A stretch of 59,253 bases of DNA, filler included, from Circinaria calcarea (taxonomy: Eukaryota): NCBI GenBank assembly GCA_051942165.1. It is 9 parts of 9 records of this genome, joined end to end, with 100 filler letters (N's around TTAATTAATTAA, not from the genome) between each part and the next. Parts side by side here need not be neighbours in the genome. Positions count along the whole stretch, not along the records: positions 46,194 to 52,677 come from JAVECS010001572.1; positions 52,778 to 59,253 come from JAVECS010001573.1; 7 more parts are not named here. One strand, 5' to 3'. Below, in pieces: positions 46,194-57,119 of the stretch. The position numbers and the translations under genes were made by a program. The notes under the pieces are model-generated. The model made no database searches, was not told the origin of the DNA, and worked only from the letters and a program-made list of their open reading frames with translations. Each line of letters begins with the position of its first letter. The first letter of the stretch is position 1.

Positions 46194-49100
46194 ACTGCAT
46201 ACGTCCCAAGGTCCTCCAAGTCCCGTGGGAAATTACCAGCCTTAGCATACACTTCAGAGATGGCTGCTCCGCGTTCATATCTCCCAGGGCCCTCCAAGCC
46301 TCGAGGGAAGCCAACAGATCTAGAGTATGCTTCACACAAGATAGCTCCAAAAACCTATCTTCCCGAATCTTCAAAACCTCAAAGAGAAGCATCAGCTGTA
46401 TACCCCAGTTCAGAGACTTCTACGCCATCGTCGTATATCTCATGGTCGTCCAAGTTTGAAGGAAAACCACCAGCGATAGGAGACGATTCAGAGACAAGTC
46501 CGTCGATGTCGGACCTTTCAAGACTCTCCAAATCCAATGGTAAATCATCAGCGATAGGGTACTCTGCAGGGACAAGTGCGTCGGCTCCGTATCTCCCAGG
46601 ATCCTCCAAGTCTCAAGTTAGAGCACCAGCTATCGGATATACGCCAGAGACAAGTCCTTTGCCATCGTACCTTGAAGGACCTTCCAATCCTCGAGGTAAA
46701 TCATCAATTCTAGGATATGCTCCCGTGTCGTACCTTCCCGGCCCCTCCAAGACTCCAACATGCACTCGGGAGAGGATTTCGGTACCGCCGCATTTCCAAG
46801 AATCTTATAAGTCTCCAACGTACGTCTCTCGACTTTCCAGACCCTCAGGAAAATTGCCGGCTTTGGGTTACAACCCAGAAAAGACTCCATCAGCGGTGTA
46901 TACCAGAAGAACCAACGGGTCTTCAGAGAGGGCACCAGACCTGGAGTACACCCCAGAAAGGTTATCATCTCTCGCTGATCCTTCTGAGGAGAACCTGGCG
47001 CCGACATACTCCAGGAGGACCAAAAGATTCCTAGAAGAAGCACCAGCTCTGATGTATACTGCAGAGGATAAACCACTTCCTGCAAGTTCAAGGAAACCCA
47101 ACGGATCTATAGAGAAGTCACCAGTTCTGGGTCATACTCCGGATGAGAGTCTTCTACTGGCAACTCCAAGGAGAACCAATCGGTCTGTCGTGAAGTCACC
47201 AGCTCTGGATTTCTCTCTGAAGTCATCATCTGTGCCGTACATCCTAGAGAAAAATCTGCCACTGTCATCCCAAAGGAGCACGAATACGTCTCCAGAGAAG
47301 CCAACTTCTCTTTCCTATACTCCGAAGAAGAGTCCACCACTGGCGAACTCTGAGAGAACTAACAAATCTTTAGAAAATCCAGTTGCCCTAGCGTGTGGTC
47401 CAGAGAAGTCACTGCCTCTGAAGTATACCCAAGAAAAAATTCCTGCGCTCTCAAATCCTGCAACAAAGACCAAATCGCCAGCGAAAACACCTAAAACTGT
47501 GTATTCAAAACCTCGCGGCGACTCTCCTACTTTACCTGCAGCTGAATATCGTCTGTCAGCCTATAGCTCATCAGCTACAAGCAGACCTGTCAGAAAGTCT
47601 CGGAGATCCAGCAAGCTTCCGAGAGCTACCAATCCGTGTGCAATTGGGCCTCGGGTGGTTGACGAATCTTCGCTCGACGAATCTTTGCTCAACGAGTTCC
47701 CAGTCCCGGGTAAGCCTATAGCACGAAGATTTCGAAGGGTAACATTCGGCGATTCTCAAACTATTGCCAGGTCGCCGAGCCAATGGTCTAGCCTAGCGAA
47801 TGAGTCTTCGTCGACGAATGAAGATTCATCGGTCGAACGTCTCACGGCTATCAACACTTTGATAAACAGATCTCAGAAATCGAGTAGATCTTCGTATAGC
47901 GGGTCTCCAGCGATCGCAAAGTCTTCGGAGGGCAGGACTAGAGTGATGAATGAAATCGTGCCTCATGACCCTCATGATCCTCAAGCGCTCACGAGATCTT
48001 CGGTGGAAAGTCATCGAGCCCCAAGGAGATTTCCCGTCAACAAAGTCTCATCAGAAAAATATTCATCAAAAGGATCTCCATCAGACAAGCTCCCATCAGA
48101 CTACTCTTCATCTAATGAGTCTTCATTGGACAAGTCTCATTCAGCCAAGTCCCCAGCACGCGTGTTCCTAGCAAAGGAGACTCTACCGCTCAAGTGCCCA
48201 GCGAGGACGTCTGTAACGAGAAACTCATCAGTACTTGGGATTCCAGCGTCTGACAAGTCTCCAGTGAACAAGACTCCAGTGTTCAACAAGCCCCTATCTG
48301 AAAGGTGTTTAGCATTTGACGAGCATCGAGCGAATAGGGCCCTAGTCTTCGAGACCTATCCTTTGAATAAACCTCGGCCGGCTGATAAGACACAAACCTT
48401 CAACGAACCTCTGGCTTTTGCTGAGCACCCTGCCGTTAAAGGACTCTTTCCCACTGGCGAGTATCAGGCTGACCATGAGTACAATCAGCCTCTGGCCAAT
48501 AAGAAAGATCCATTGAACAGACCTCCGGCAGCTGGTACGTCGCTTCGCATCAAAGAGCCCTCATACATCAACAACACTGCAAAACTCTTTCTAAAAGATG
48601 CATCTTTAGTGGCCGCCAATGAATCCTTAGAACTCACGCGAGCAACAACGTACTCCCCTACTAGTACTGAATCCACGGAACTCTTACCAGCAAACAGATG
48701 CAGCCCAGCCGCCCATGAGCCGCAAGAACTTTTGCCATTAACGACGTATGCTCCAGGCGCTGATGACCAGGAAGAAATTTTGCCGGCAACAAAGTATTCG
48801 CCAGTCTTTAATGAGTCGCTTGGACTCCTGCCAGCAGTGAAATGTTCCCAAGCAACCCAAGGATCTCCAGTAACAGCACCGATTGTTTTTTCTTCCACAG
48901 GAGTTAACAGTGACCCAGAGGTTCTACCAACAATGGTTTATTCCCACGCGACTCAGGACTTTCCATTCACCTTGCCAACAAATGTGTATAATCCAGCAGT
49001 TGAAACGTCGTCTGCCACCTCGTGTGCAACGGTATCGGACTCAGCAAGTCAAGATCTGCCTGTCAACTTGGGAGCGGCCACATATGCTCCTGCCCCAAGC

Positions 49101-50360
49101 GCTCTCGTGGCACAGCCAATGCCCTCTTGTGCTTCGGTCTCTCAAAGGACGCCTGTGACCTTAGCAAGGTCAGTACGTGCTTCAGTGCCCAAAATCGCCC
49201 CTATGGCCTCACCAGCGGTAATTCATGCTCCGGTGGTCCGTAGTGCGCCTGTAGTTATACCAACAGCGAATAAACATTCGGTGATTCCAATGGTACCTGC
49301 AACATTGCAAACGGTGGGTGCAGCTTCAGCAACCCCAAAACCGCCTGCGACCTTAGCGACAACAAGCAGAGATTCAGCAATCCCCAGGATGAGTGCAAAC
49401 ATACCAACGTCAATTGGAACACCAACACCTACGAGGTTGCCTATCTCGTTGTCAATGGCAGCTCATGCTCCTGTCAGAGGTAGAACTATGGCTGGGACCC
49501 TAGCCGAAGCGGATGAAAACCGCCACCAAACCAACAATCAGTATCAAAGCTCAATCGCCTGGAACGGCTCGTTGGGCAAATTGTCTCATTCGGGCGCGAC
49601 AAGGGATAGTTCGAGACTGGGGTTCTCACGAACGAACTTGCAAAATAAAGAGATCCAACCGCGAGCGTTGAAGTGGTTAGGAGGGAAGAGTTATGTGTCT
49701 AGGATGAAACGCCCACCACGAGATCGAGAATCTGTCTCTCGGATCAAACCCGTGCTACCAGTATCGTCAAAGCCCATCGGTAAGCTGAGTCCGGCTAGCT
49801 CGTTGAAGAAAGCCGTCTCGTCCTTTTTTCATAGTGATAGCTGGGGGAAAATGCTACCGCCAGGCCTAGCTGAGATAAAAGTCCTTTCGGAACAGTGTAG
49901 CAATGCTAGGCTCAATCCACGGACACCAGGAGAAGCATACGATGCAGATCTCACTCAACAGATTTGGCGGCCGTCGGACCGTACAGGTCTGTCGAAACAT
50001 CCCGCAATAAAAAGGGAAGCAAGGCTTTTATCCACCAAATGCCACACCGCCCAGTCTACCCTAGTGCGTTCTGATGGAGCATGTAATGAGAGATTTGGTC
50101 GCGTGTCACGTCCTGAGGATGCTTACCTGGTGATGAAGGAAGACACAGTTACCGTAGACAAGGTTGGTGGTTCCAACTCGGCCTGGTCGACCCATAGCGA
50201 AACCGGCCACGAAGGAAATGCGCAAGAAAGTCGCAGTTCACCGATTTCTTCACGTTTGAGAAGCTACAGCGAGAACAACAGTAGATGTGAATCGAAGGTA
50301 GATATACAATCCAACACGCCGCCTCGTGTTGAACGGGTCGTTGAGGCCCTATTCTTTTAA
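46194..50360 (+). CDS. Large S/P/T-rich tandem-repeat orphan protein (>1380 aa), 5' truncated
   Basis: 4.1-kb uninterrupted ORF that is already open at the contig edge. It carries degenerate 26-aa and 16-aa repeat arrays and no recognisable globular domain. Confidence 0.8.
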   Translation, partial: TAYVPRSSKSRGKLPALAYTSEMAAPRSYLPGPSKPRGKPTDLEYASHKIAPKTYLPESSKPQREASAVYPSSETSTPSSYISWSSKFEGKPPAIGDDSETSPSMSDLSRLSKSNGKSSAIGYSAGTSASAPYLPGSSKSQVRAPAIGYTPETSPLPSYLEGPSNPRGKSSILGYAPVSYLPGPSKTPTCTRERISVPPHFQESYKSPTYVSRLSRPSGKLPALGYNPEKTPSAVYTRRTNGSSERAPDLEYTPERLSSLADPSEENLAPTYSRRTKRFLEEAPALMYTAEDKPLPASSRKPNGSIEKSPVLGHTPDESLLLATPRRTNRSVVKSPALDFSLKSSSVPYILEKNLPLSSQRSTNTSPEKPTSLSYTPKKSPPLANSERTNKSLENPVALACGPEKSLPLKYTQEKIPALSNPATKTKSPAKTPKTVYSKPRGDSPTLPAAEYRLSAYSSSATSRPVRKSRRSSKLPRATNPCAIGPRVVDESSLDESLLNEFPVPGKPIARRFRRVTFGDSQTIARSPSQWSSLANESSSTNEDSSVERLTAINTLINRSQKSSRSSYSGSPAIAKSSEGRTRVMNEIVPHDPHDPQALTRSSVESHRAPRRFPVNKVSSEKYSSKGSPSDKLPSDYSSSNESSLDKSHSAKSPARVFLAKETLPLKCPARTSVTRNSSVLGIPASDKSPVNKTPVFNKPLSERCLAFDEHRANRALVFETYPLNKPRPADKTQTFNEPLAFAEHPAVKGLFPTGEYQADHEYNQPLANKKDPLNRPPAAGTSLRIKEPSYINNTAKLFLKDASLVAANESLELTRATTYSPTSTESTELLPANRCSPAAHEPQELLPLTTYAPGADDQEEILPATKYSPVFNESLGLLPAVKCSQATQGSPVTAPIVFSSTGVNSDPEVLPTMVYSHATQDFPFTLPTNVYNPAVETSSATSCATVSDSASQDLPVNLGAATYAPAPSALVAQPMPSCASVSQRTPVTLARSVRASVPKIAPMASPAVIHAPVVRSAPVVIPTANKHSVIPMVPATLQTVGAASATPKPPATLATTSRDSAIPRMSANIPTSIGTPTPTRLPISLSMAAHAPVRGRTMAGTLAEADENRHQTNNQYQSSIAWNGSLGKLSHSGATRDSSRLGFSRTNLQNKEIQPRALKWLGGKSYVSRMKRPPRDRESVSRIKPVLPVSSKPIGKLSPASSLKKAVSSFFHSDSWGKMLPPGLAEIKVLSEQCSNARLNPRTPGEAYDADLTQQIWRPSDRTGLSKHPAIKREARLLSTKCHTAQSTLVRSDGACNERFGRVSRPEDAYLVMKEDTVTVDKVGGSNSAWSTHSETGHEGNAQESRSSPISSRLRSYSENNSRCESKVDIQSNTPPRVERVVEALFF

Positions 50361-50619
50361 TCAGTACCAGCACTTTTGCTTGAGCTAATAACAATCAAGT
50401 GGCTATTGTGCTTTGCTTCACATATTGGGACAGCGAAGAACTATTCTTATTCACTTCATGTTAAATAGATCCCCAACTGACAATGGCTTCATCTCCGCCA
50501 TTCCAATAAGATCGCCATCAGAATAATACCTTCCCTGCCTATAAAATCTCGCTTAGCTTTGCTACAAACCCTGTTCACATCCACATCATCATCCGTGCTT
50601 TACAAAACTTTTTCAGACA

Positions 50620-51045
50620 GATTCCTGTCCGAAGCCTCTACACCTTCATCGAGTACTTAACCCTTTAGGTTGCCAGCAAACAAACTCATTGTCACACCCT
50701 ATTAAAGTGTGTCAGCTAAATGCCCTTCCAAGGCCTCCACACCTAGTTCTCCAACTCCCACTATTGCCAGCAGAAAAGCCTTGGATCACCTCACCAAAGT
50801 CTTTATTGCGTTGTTCCACATCCTCACCTAAGCCTACCAAAGTGTTGCAGGTAAAATCCGTTCGAAGGCATCTACCCTTCTATCAAGCACGGGGAGTGCA
50901 ACTGTTGCCAGCAAACAGACTTGTCCTCACCTCCCACACGTTTATTGCGTTGTTCCAACAGAAGTGTGTCGGATAGAACCTTTCGAAGGCTTTTACGACT
51001 CATCGAGTACACAAAGCTCAACTGCTGCCAGCAGTTTCATTACCT
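50620..51045 (+). repeat. Degenerate non-coding tandem repeats (about 120-140 bp period)
   Basis: Recurring blocks (T/C)TGCCAGCA x4, TTTATTGCGTTGTTCCA x2 and CGAAG..CTAC..CATCGAGTAC-like x3. Confidence 0.7.
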
Positions 51046-51135
51046 CATACGAGTGTTATCGTGTGTCTCGCGTTAGATCCGCCGACAGAGCAGCACAGTG
51101 TACCTCCAAAGGCAGCTCACCTCATCAGCTCAAGC

Positions 51136-52677
51136 ATGCCTCCTCCAAATCCAAGCCTCTCTCCTCCAAAGCTGAATGATTTAGCGTAAGTCCTTGCGTT
51201 CTCAATCCAACTGTATCTAGATGAGCTTTCGGCTCGTGTTGACATTGTGCGCAGGTCTTGTAACTATTATCAAAGCCTCATTCCCGGAAATCCATTCTAC
51301 GAAGCGTCGAGTCATGTTGGCGTATTAGACGAAAGTGGTTATGTCAACGAGTCTCAAGATACATATGGTGGTAGACTGAGATTTCACAACTCTCGAAGAA
51401 TGTATCATTCGAATTCCGAAGGCAACGTTTCAAGCCGGACCAACACACCTCTTCGCCCCGATGCCTCTCTCCGCTGCGAATTCTCTGCACCTACCAACGC
51501 CTCTCTTCGCGCCAGGGCGTCTCCCTTCACCAATGCATCTCTTTACACTAATACCTCGCCTCTCATCAATACATCTGTACAAGGCAATGCAGCTCTACAC
51601 CTCTCGAACTCGAACTCGTCCTCTGCCCCATTGAGCCGTGTTGAGTCAGCATCTGCCTATTTCGACCAGCAAATCAATTGGCTTGATGAACCTTCTCCAC
51701 TTGAGCTTCTTGAAACCCGTGCAGCTACATCATTTAATCGGTTGGAAGATGTGAATGAAGAAAACGAAGAGGCTATGGTCTTAGTCCCCATGACCGTCCG
51801 AGATATTTATGATGACAACTCTACCTCCCCTATATACCAGCGGCAACGAATGTTTCACTCAAATTCTGACGGCAACGTTTCGTTCCGCCCTGCTCCTCTA
51901 TTCACCTCAAACTCGCTCTCTGCTCTGTCAGCCGCTAAAGACTCTGCTTCTGCCCCCTTCAGCCAGGAAAGGGAGTATCTCAACCAACAACCTCTACGTG
52001 GGCACGCACGGAACCGTACTGCATCACCAGTCAAGAGATTGCAATATGTGGACGAAGAAGATGAACTGAATGACGAAGAGGAAGTTTACGACGATGGATT
52101 GGATGATGAAGAGATGCTCTTGGTTCGAGGGTTGATTGCAAAGCGTGCTAGGTCGCCGAGCAAACAGATGTTCGGTCCGAGGGGGTGGCTTGATCGAACC
52201 GCCAGCAAGATGAGTAAAGTCGACAGCAGCTTATCCAGCCATAGCAAATCTCGACAGAAGCTGAATCAAACTACCCTGCCAGGTTCGGATGATGAGAAGT
52301 CAGGCTTGGAACTCGCTTGCCGAAAAGTTGGGAATCTCCGCATCAACGAAGCTAAAGAGGCCAAAGACCATGAGAGGGAGCAGAAGAATAAGGCCAGTGC
52401 GAAGAGTTGGTACGGCAAGGTCAAAGGCGAAGTCTCCAAGAAGGTTCACAAACTCCTCTCTGACCAGGAATCATCCTCTCGCTCGAAGCCGCCAGAAGTA
52501 TCTAAGTTCGCGGTGACCCTCAACAGTCTCATTCAGTCCAACTTGTACGCTCAAATCGAACTGATGCTCACCGTCACCGCAAATCAGTTCCTCCTCGGCG
52601 AGCAAAAGGGGAGCCGTCTGAGCCTGGAGTCTGTTGCACTCACCATCAAGAACTGGAGACGCAAGGGCCGCCCGCAG
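51136..52677 (+). CDS. Conserved-type fungal hypothetical protein with internally duplicated N-terminal region, 3' truncated
   Basis: Short exon 1 (MPPPNPSLSPPKLNDLA) with a GTAAGT..CAG intron joins ORF 51247-52677. The C-terminal KFAVTL..QSNLYAQIELML..ANQFL..W..KGRPQ resembles an uncharacterised Pezizomycotina domain (from recall). Confidence 0.7.
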
Positions 52678-52777
52678 NNNNNNNNNNNNNNNNNNNNNNN
52701 NNNNNNNNNNNNNNNNNNNNNTTAATTAATTAANNNNNNNNNNNNNNNNNNNNNNNNNNNNNNNNNNNNNNNNNNNN
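52678..52777. other. Artificial contig spacer
   Basis: N44-TTAATTAATTAA-N44. Confidence 0.99.
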
Positions 52778-53750
52778 TCCCCCTTCCCCCTTCCCCCCGC
52801 CCGTCAGCTCTCTCACCCGGATTCTGTCAGCTTCTTGCCCGACCGTGGCGTCACCGTTGTGCCGTTCCGCCGGCTCCTTCAGAGCTGTCAATCACAATCA
52901 CTATCACACCTTTCACCACCCCGAGGCCAACTCCTTCCGTTCCCCCAACCTGAAATTAACCAGCCACCTGCAACGGATGCCTCAGTCCCACTATCCATCT
53001 CCAGGGCCATCTCTCACTTGTCCGGTTCGTCGGGAGTTGGACTGGGACAGGGCGGATTGGAAAACCACGCGGTCAACACGAGGTAGGTGATGGTGCTCGT
53101 GCATGTGCTTGTGCTTGTGCTTGCGTTCCTGGTGCTTGTCCGTGGGCTCGGCCTTGGCATACGAAGCTTGGTTACCGTGGTTTCACGCTGTGCCGCAAAT
53201 GTACTTCCCTGTCGCCGTCGGCAATTGGGATTCAGGAGCGAAGTCTGCCATTCACCCACAACCCCTTCCCCGACATTATCCAGAATGATTTCCCCGCGCT
53301 CTTCTTTGGCCACGCGGATCCTGTCGACGGTTACCCCAGATGACATCCAGCCCCAGATCAATCCGTCCCTCCGCCTTCGCATTTTTACTCGCATTTTACT
53401 CTCATTTGCAACGGACGAATAAATACTGGGTTTCCTTTGAGCCGGTCCCGCTAAGCCCTGCCATTCGTTCCGGGACCACCCTTCCTCCCCCTGTCAGCTT
53501 TTTGATTGTTTTCCCCTTCTCCCCTTTCTCCCCGGCTAATTAATTCGGCCTAGTAGCAGCATCGGCAAGCTTCCCCTGAGGCTATTGTTGCAACTGACCC
53601 GCGGCGCCAATCTCTACCCGGTCCAGCGCCAGGATCTCTCGTTCCGATTTGACGGTTACCCATCTCGACCTGCATGCTCAGGGTCGGCCGAGTCCACGCC
53701 CGTGGGAGTCCTGCAGAGCATATCAACTGTCGAGCTCCGCCCTTTCCCTG

Positions 53751-56299
53751 ATGTTCAATCCGTATTCAATGTCTCCGTACGATGTCTCCCTGCAGACGGC
53801 CGCTGTACATCACCGGCATGGACGCTCCCTCGGCATACCGGAAGGACATGTGCCAACATTGCTGCGGAGTCGAGCTCAAACGGAGAATATGAGGCGGAGA
53901 CCAATGCTGGGCCTTCGCACCAGGAGTGACTACACTCGCTCAGCCACGCCCCTCGAAGACTTACCTTATTCACCTTCCGTTAGCTCCTTTCAACGAGGCT
54001 CACAGTGTTCGCCATCTACCTCGACGTCGGAGATTTCCCAATGGCAAGAAGATCGACCGGAAAGCTTCACGCGATCGTTGTTGGCAAAGAGCTCCATGCT
54101 CTTGAGGCGGAAGAATAGTAACCGAGCGAACTTGACTTCGCTTCGGATACTGGAATGGGTCGAGGACACGGAAAGCAAAGACAACGGCAGACACATGCAG
54201 GAAGTCTCCAAGCGGAGGCGTTCGAAGAACAGTCGGCAGCACTCAGTGGGTTCTGGTACGTGCACATAGTTTAGCATCTTCGCTGCCGTTGACTAATACA
54301 CCCACCAGAAACAATTTTGAAACAAAGCATTTCAGATCCGTACAACTTCCAGCACCTTACCCACACTGGTGTTCACCACGCCAGAGCTCTGCAAAATGCT
54401 AGCCAGAGCGACTTGGTCACCGGGTTTTCAGCCATCCGTGCTTCACAAGCTCCACATCCGGAGTTGAGGGGCATTAGAGCAGATTGTCTGCATTCAGGGA
54501 ACAGCTCTGTTGACCTACCGTTAACCCTACCCGTCGATGGCCCTACAACACCAACTTCTCTCAGCCCAAGTAGGACACGAGACCAATGGAGTAAATACGC
54601 CCAACGCGATTCGAGAAGTCTCCGATACTCCCAGTCCGTTGACAACCTCGCGCACATTAGCCCAAGATCCTTTAGTTCGCCTACTCCCCCAATATCTCCC
54701 CCTCCAAGGCGTTCATCTAAAGGTCAACCCAGGTCACCCTACGATCCGCTGGCAACAGCTCAAGACTCGCCTACAAGACCTTCCTTCCCCAAGAATCCTC
54801 TTATCTTAAACCTCTCTCGGCCAATGGACTCTCCAACTCTCTCCGACCCATCTGCTGTTGGGCATGCCCTCACAACTCCAGACGACACAGCCTTTACTCT
54901 GAATCCATGTCAGCGAAGCCAGGCTGGCGCAGGATTGGCTGACGTACCCGAAGAAGACGAAGGTTACCCTTGGATGAGACATCCTGTCCATAGCCCCCGT
55001 CCGTCTACTGCAAGTTCCGCCATTCGTCACACGAAATCTTTTCCTAGTACATCCTCCTTTCCATCGCAAGGCGGTTGCACGTCGGCGTACTCCCATTCTT
55101 CCTCTTCGACCGAGCGGAATCCAGGCTCTGATCCTACATTGCCACTCTATGGCCACGAAACAGAAGAGATTCCTAGCAGGCGGAAATCACAACATCCCTC
55201 CACGGGGATGAGCTTCATGGAGAATAGCTGGGAGGAAGATATTGACTATTGCTATGAGCATGCCGCCGAAGCTGATTGTGCATTCGACTGGGACCGAGTG
55301 TCGATTGATGAAGACCGAACGTCTTCTGGTACCAAGGTCATTGACGACATCATCGAAAGTGCCGCCTCGAGCTTTGAGAATATTCCCGATGAAGGTGAAA
55401 TGTCGCCTTCGGTCGGCAATGACTCCAACGCCTCGTTTCCTGGTGCGTCCCGGAGCTCGTCGTATGACTATATATACACCAGACCATCTCCTTTAGTTAC
55501 GCGTCATTCGAATGCGACTTTGCCACATTCTTCTATATCTTCAACCATCACCGTTCCCGGTATCATTACCCCTGCAGAACCCGCGTTCGTACCGCAAATC
55601 GTCAATCAATCCGCGAGAACCTCTCAAGGTTCCGTCATGTTTAATCTTAGTCCCTCCTTGCTCATACCCAAGGAGTATGCGTCCCGGCCGACGGACGATG
55701 ATGTTTTCCAAGACAGAACCGATGACGGAGAATTCAAACATCAATTCCCGATCTTCCATCACCGTATTGATACTGGTGTTCATCGCGATGGGTCGTTCCT
55801 GAGCAACGACTCTCCCTTAAGCACGTGCCACTCTCAAGAAAGCATGTTGCCTTCACCCGCGACCTCGACAGACCCTCGCTGCCGTAATAGTAGCTCGATG
55901 GGCAGTCTACCAGAGCTTGTCTTCAGTAAGAATAGTCGTGGCAGGCCGGAAAACATATCAGTCCGACCGACTGGTCAGACTGCTGCCGGCAGTGCATTCA
56001 AACCCGGCTCTGATACACTGCCACCATCCATTCTAAGGAAAACCATCAGTACCACTAGCTTTACAGAGCAGAGCCCGGTGGCCTCTGCACCGGCGTCATT
56101 CATATGTGCTACCTCATTACGCCGGGAAAGATCGCAATCTGATTCGGCTGATCAGACTTTAAAGGTCGGAACGGCCAACTCTGCAGGTGAAGGCTCTACT
56201 GGAAGGATGCGGTCTAAAACTAGTATCGGATCGTTTTCAGGAACGAAGTCCAGCAGGACTTCGACATACAGTCTTTTTCCTTCAGTTACGACCCGGTAG
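53751..56299 (+). CDS. CRIB/PBD-motif protein (kinase-less putative Cdc42/Rac effector), 2 exons
   Basis: ISDPYNFQHLTHT is a CRIB motif just after the intron at about 54256-54309. Conserved-looking block SWEEDIDYCYEHAAEADCAFDW; the rest is S/P-rich. Confidence 0.8.
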
Positions 56300-57119
56300 A
56301 TGGCACTTTTATTCGCCACTGGCACCATTGCCTCTCACGCGTCTTATCCTCACCGTGTCCGTATGTTTCGCACTGATAAAACACGGACCCTCGAGCTTGT
56401 ATCTTTTCCATGCTCATTTTGTGTGTTCACCTTCGCACGTCATACTTACTTTCAACCCATGTTTCACCCAGATGTTTAAAACGCCTCACGATTTCTCTTA
56501 TGCCATCATAGCCATTACGAACTGTACGAGCAGGGAGGTAGAATTTGTTTTCACGCATAGCGAAGTTCATTGTACAAGGAATTTTTCCTAGCATATAAAT
56601 AGACGGTCAGGGCTATCTCAAGGCCACGAGGCCGATGATGGGAGATGGGATTGAAACTGGGAAATCGGGTCAGGGGAAAAGCATGCTTGTATTCTCAAAT
56701 TATCTAGTTATGATAGCTGGTGGCCTATCTACTGAGTACTCGCTGAGCGTTATGTACAATTATGGAAAGGAAAATACTATGAATATCCTCATAACCGAAA
56801 CGCTGACCACTTTGCTTGAATGAAAAGTTTCCCTCCCGGCCCCCTCATCCGTAAAGTACCAAAGTAAGGTGGATGGCACCGGGGCCGTGCCTTCACTACC
56901 CCCCCCGTGCCGCCCAATCACCCTATCAGATCAAAGTGATACTAGCGTGGATTAACGCACCGATTGGCGGATCGGACCATCTCGGCACCGGCGGTTGCTT
57001 GGCCGGCCCGCCGCGCTTTTGTTGATATTCGGTTTTCGAACTTGGGAGACCGGGGATCCAAGAATAGAATAGAAGCCCAAAACTCATATTTATTCAGCAT
57101 TGCATGTATTCAATCCGAT

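Noticed and set aside
50620..51045. CRISPR-like interpretation of the repeated blocks
   Set aside because: The context is eukaryotic, the repeats are degenerate and irregular, there are no unique spacers and there are no cas genes.
6567..52733. Regularly spaced TTAATTAATTAA repeats about every 6.6 kb, and ORFs ending in ..XXXLIN
   Set aside because: These are assembly linkers flanked by N runs, not biological repeats. ORFs running into them are artefactual extensions.
56964..57119. TTG-initiated 52-aa N-terminal extension of alpha-actinin
   Set aside because: The ATG at 57120 matches the normal family start, and nothing supports non-AUG initiation.
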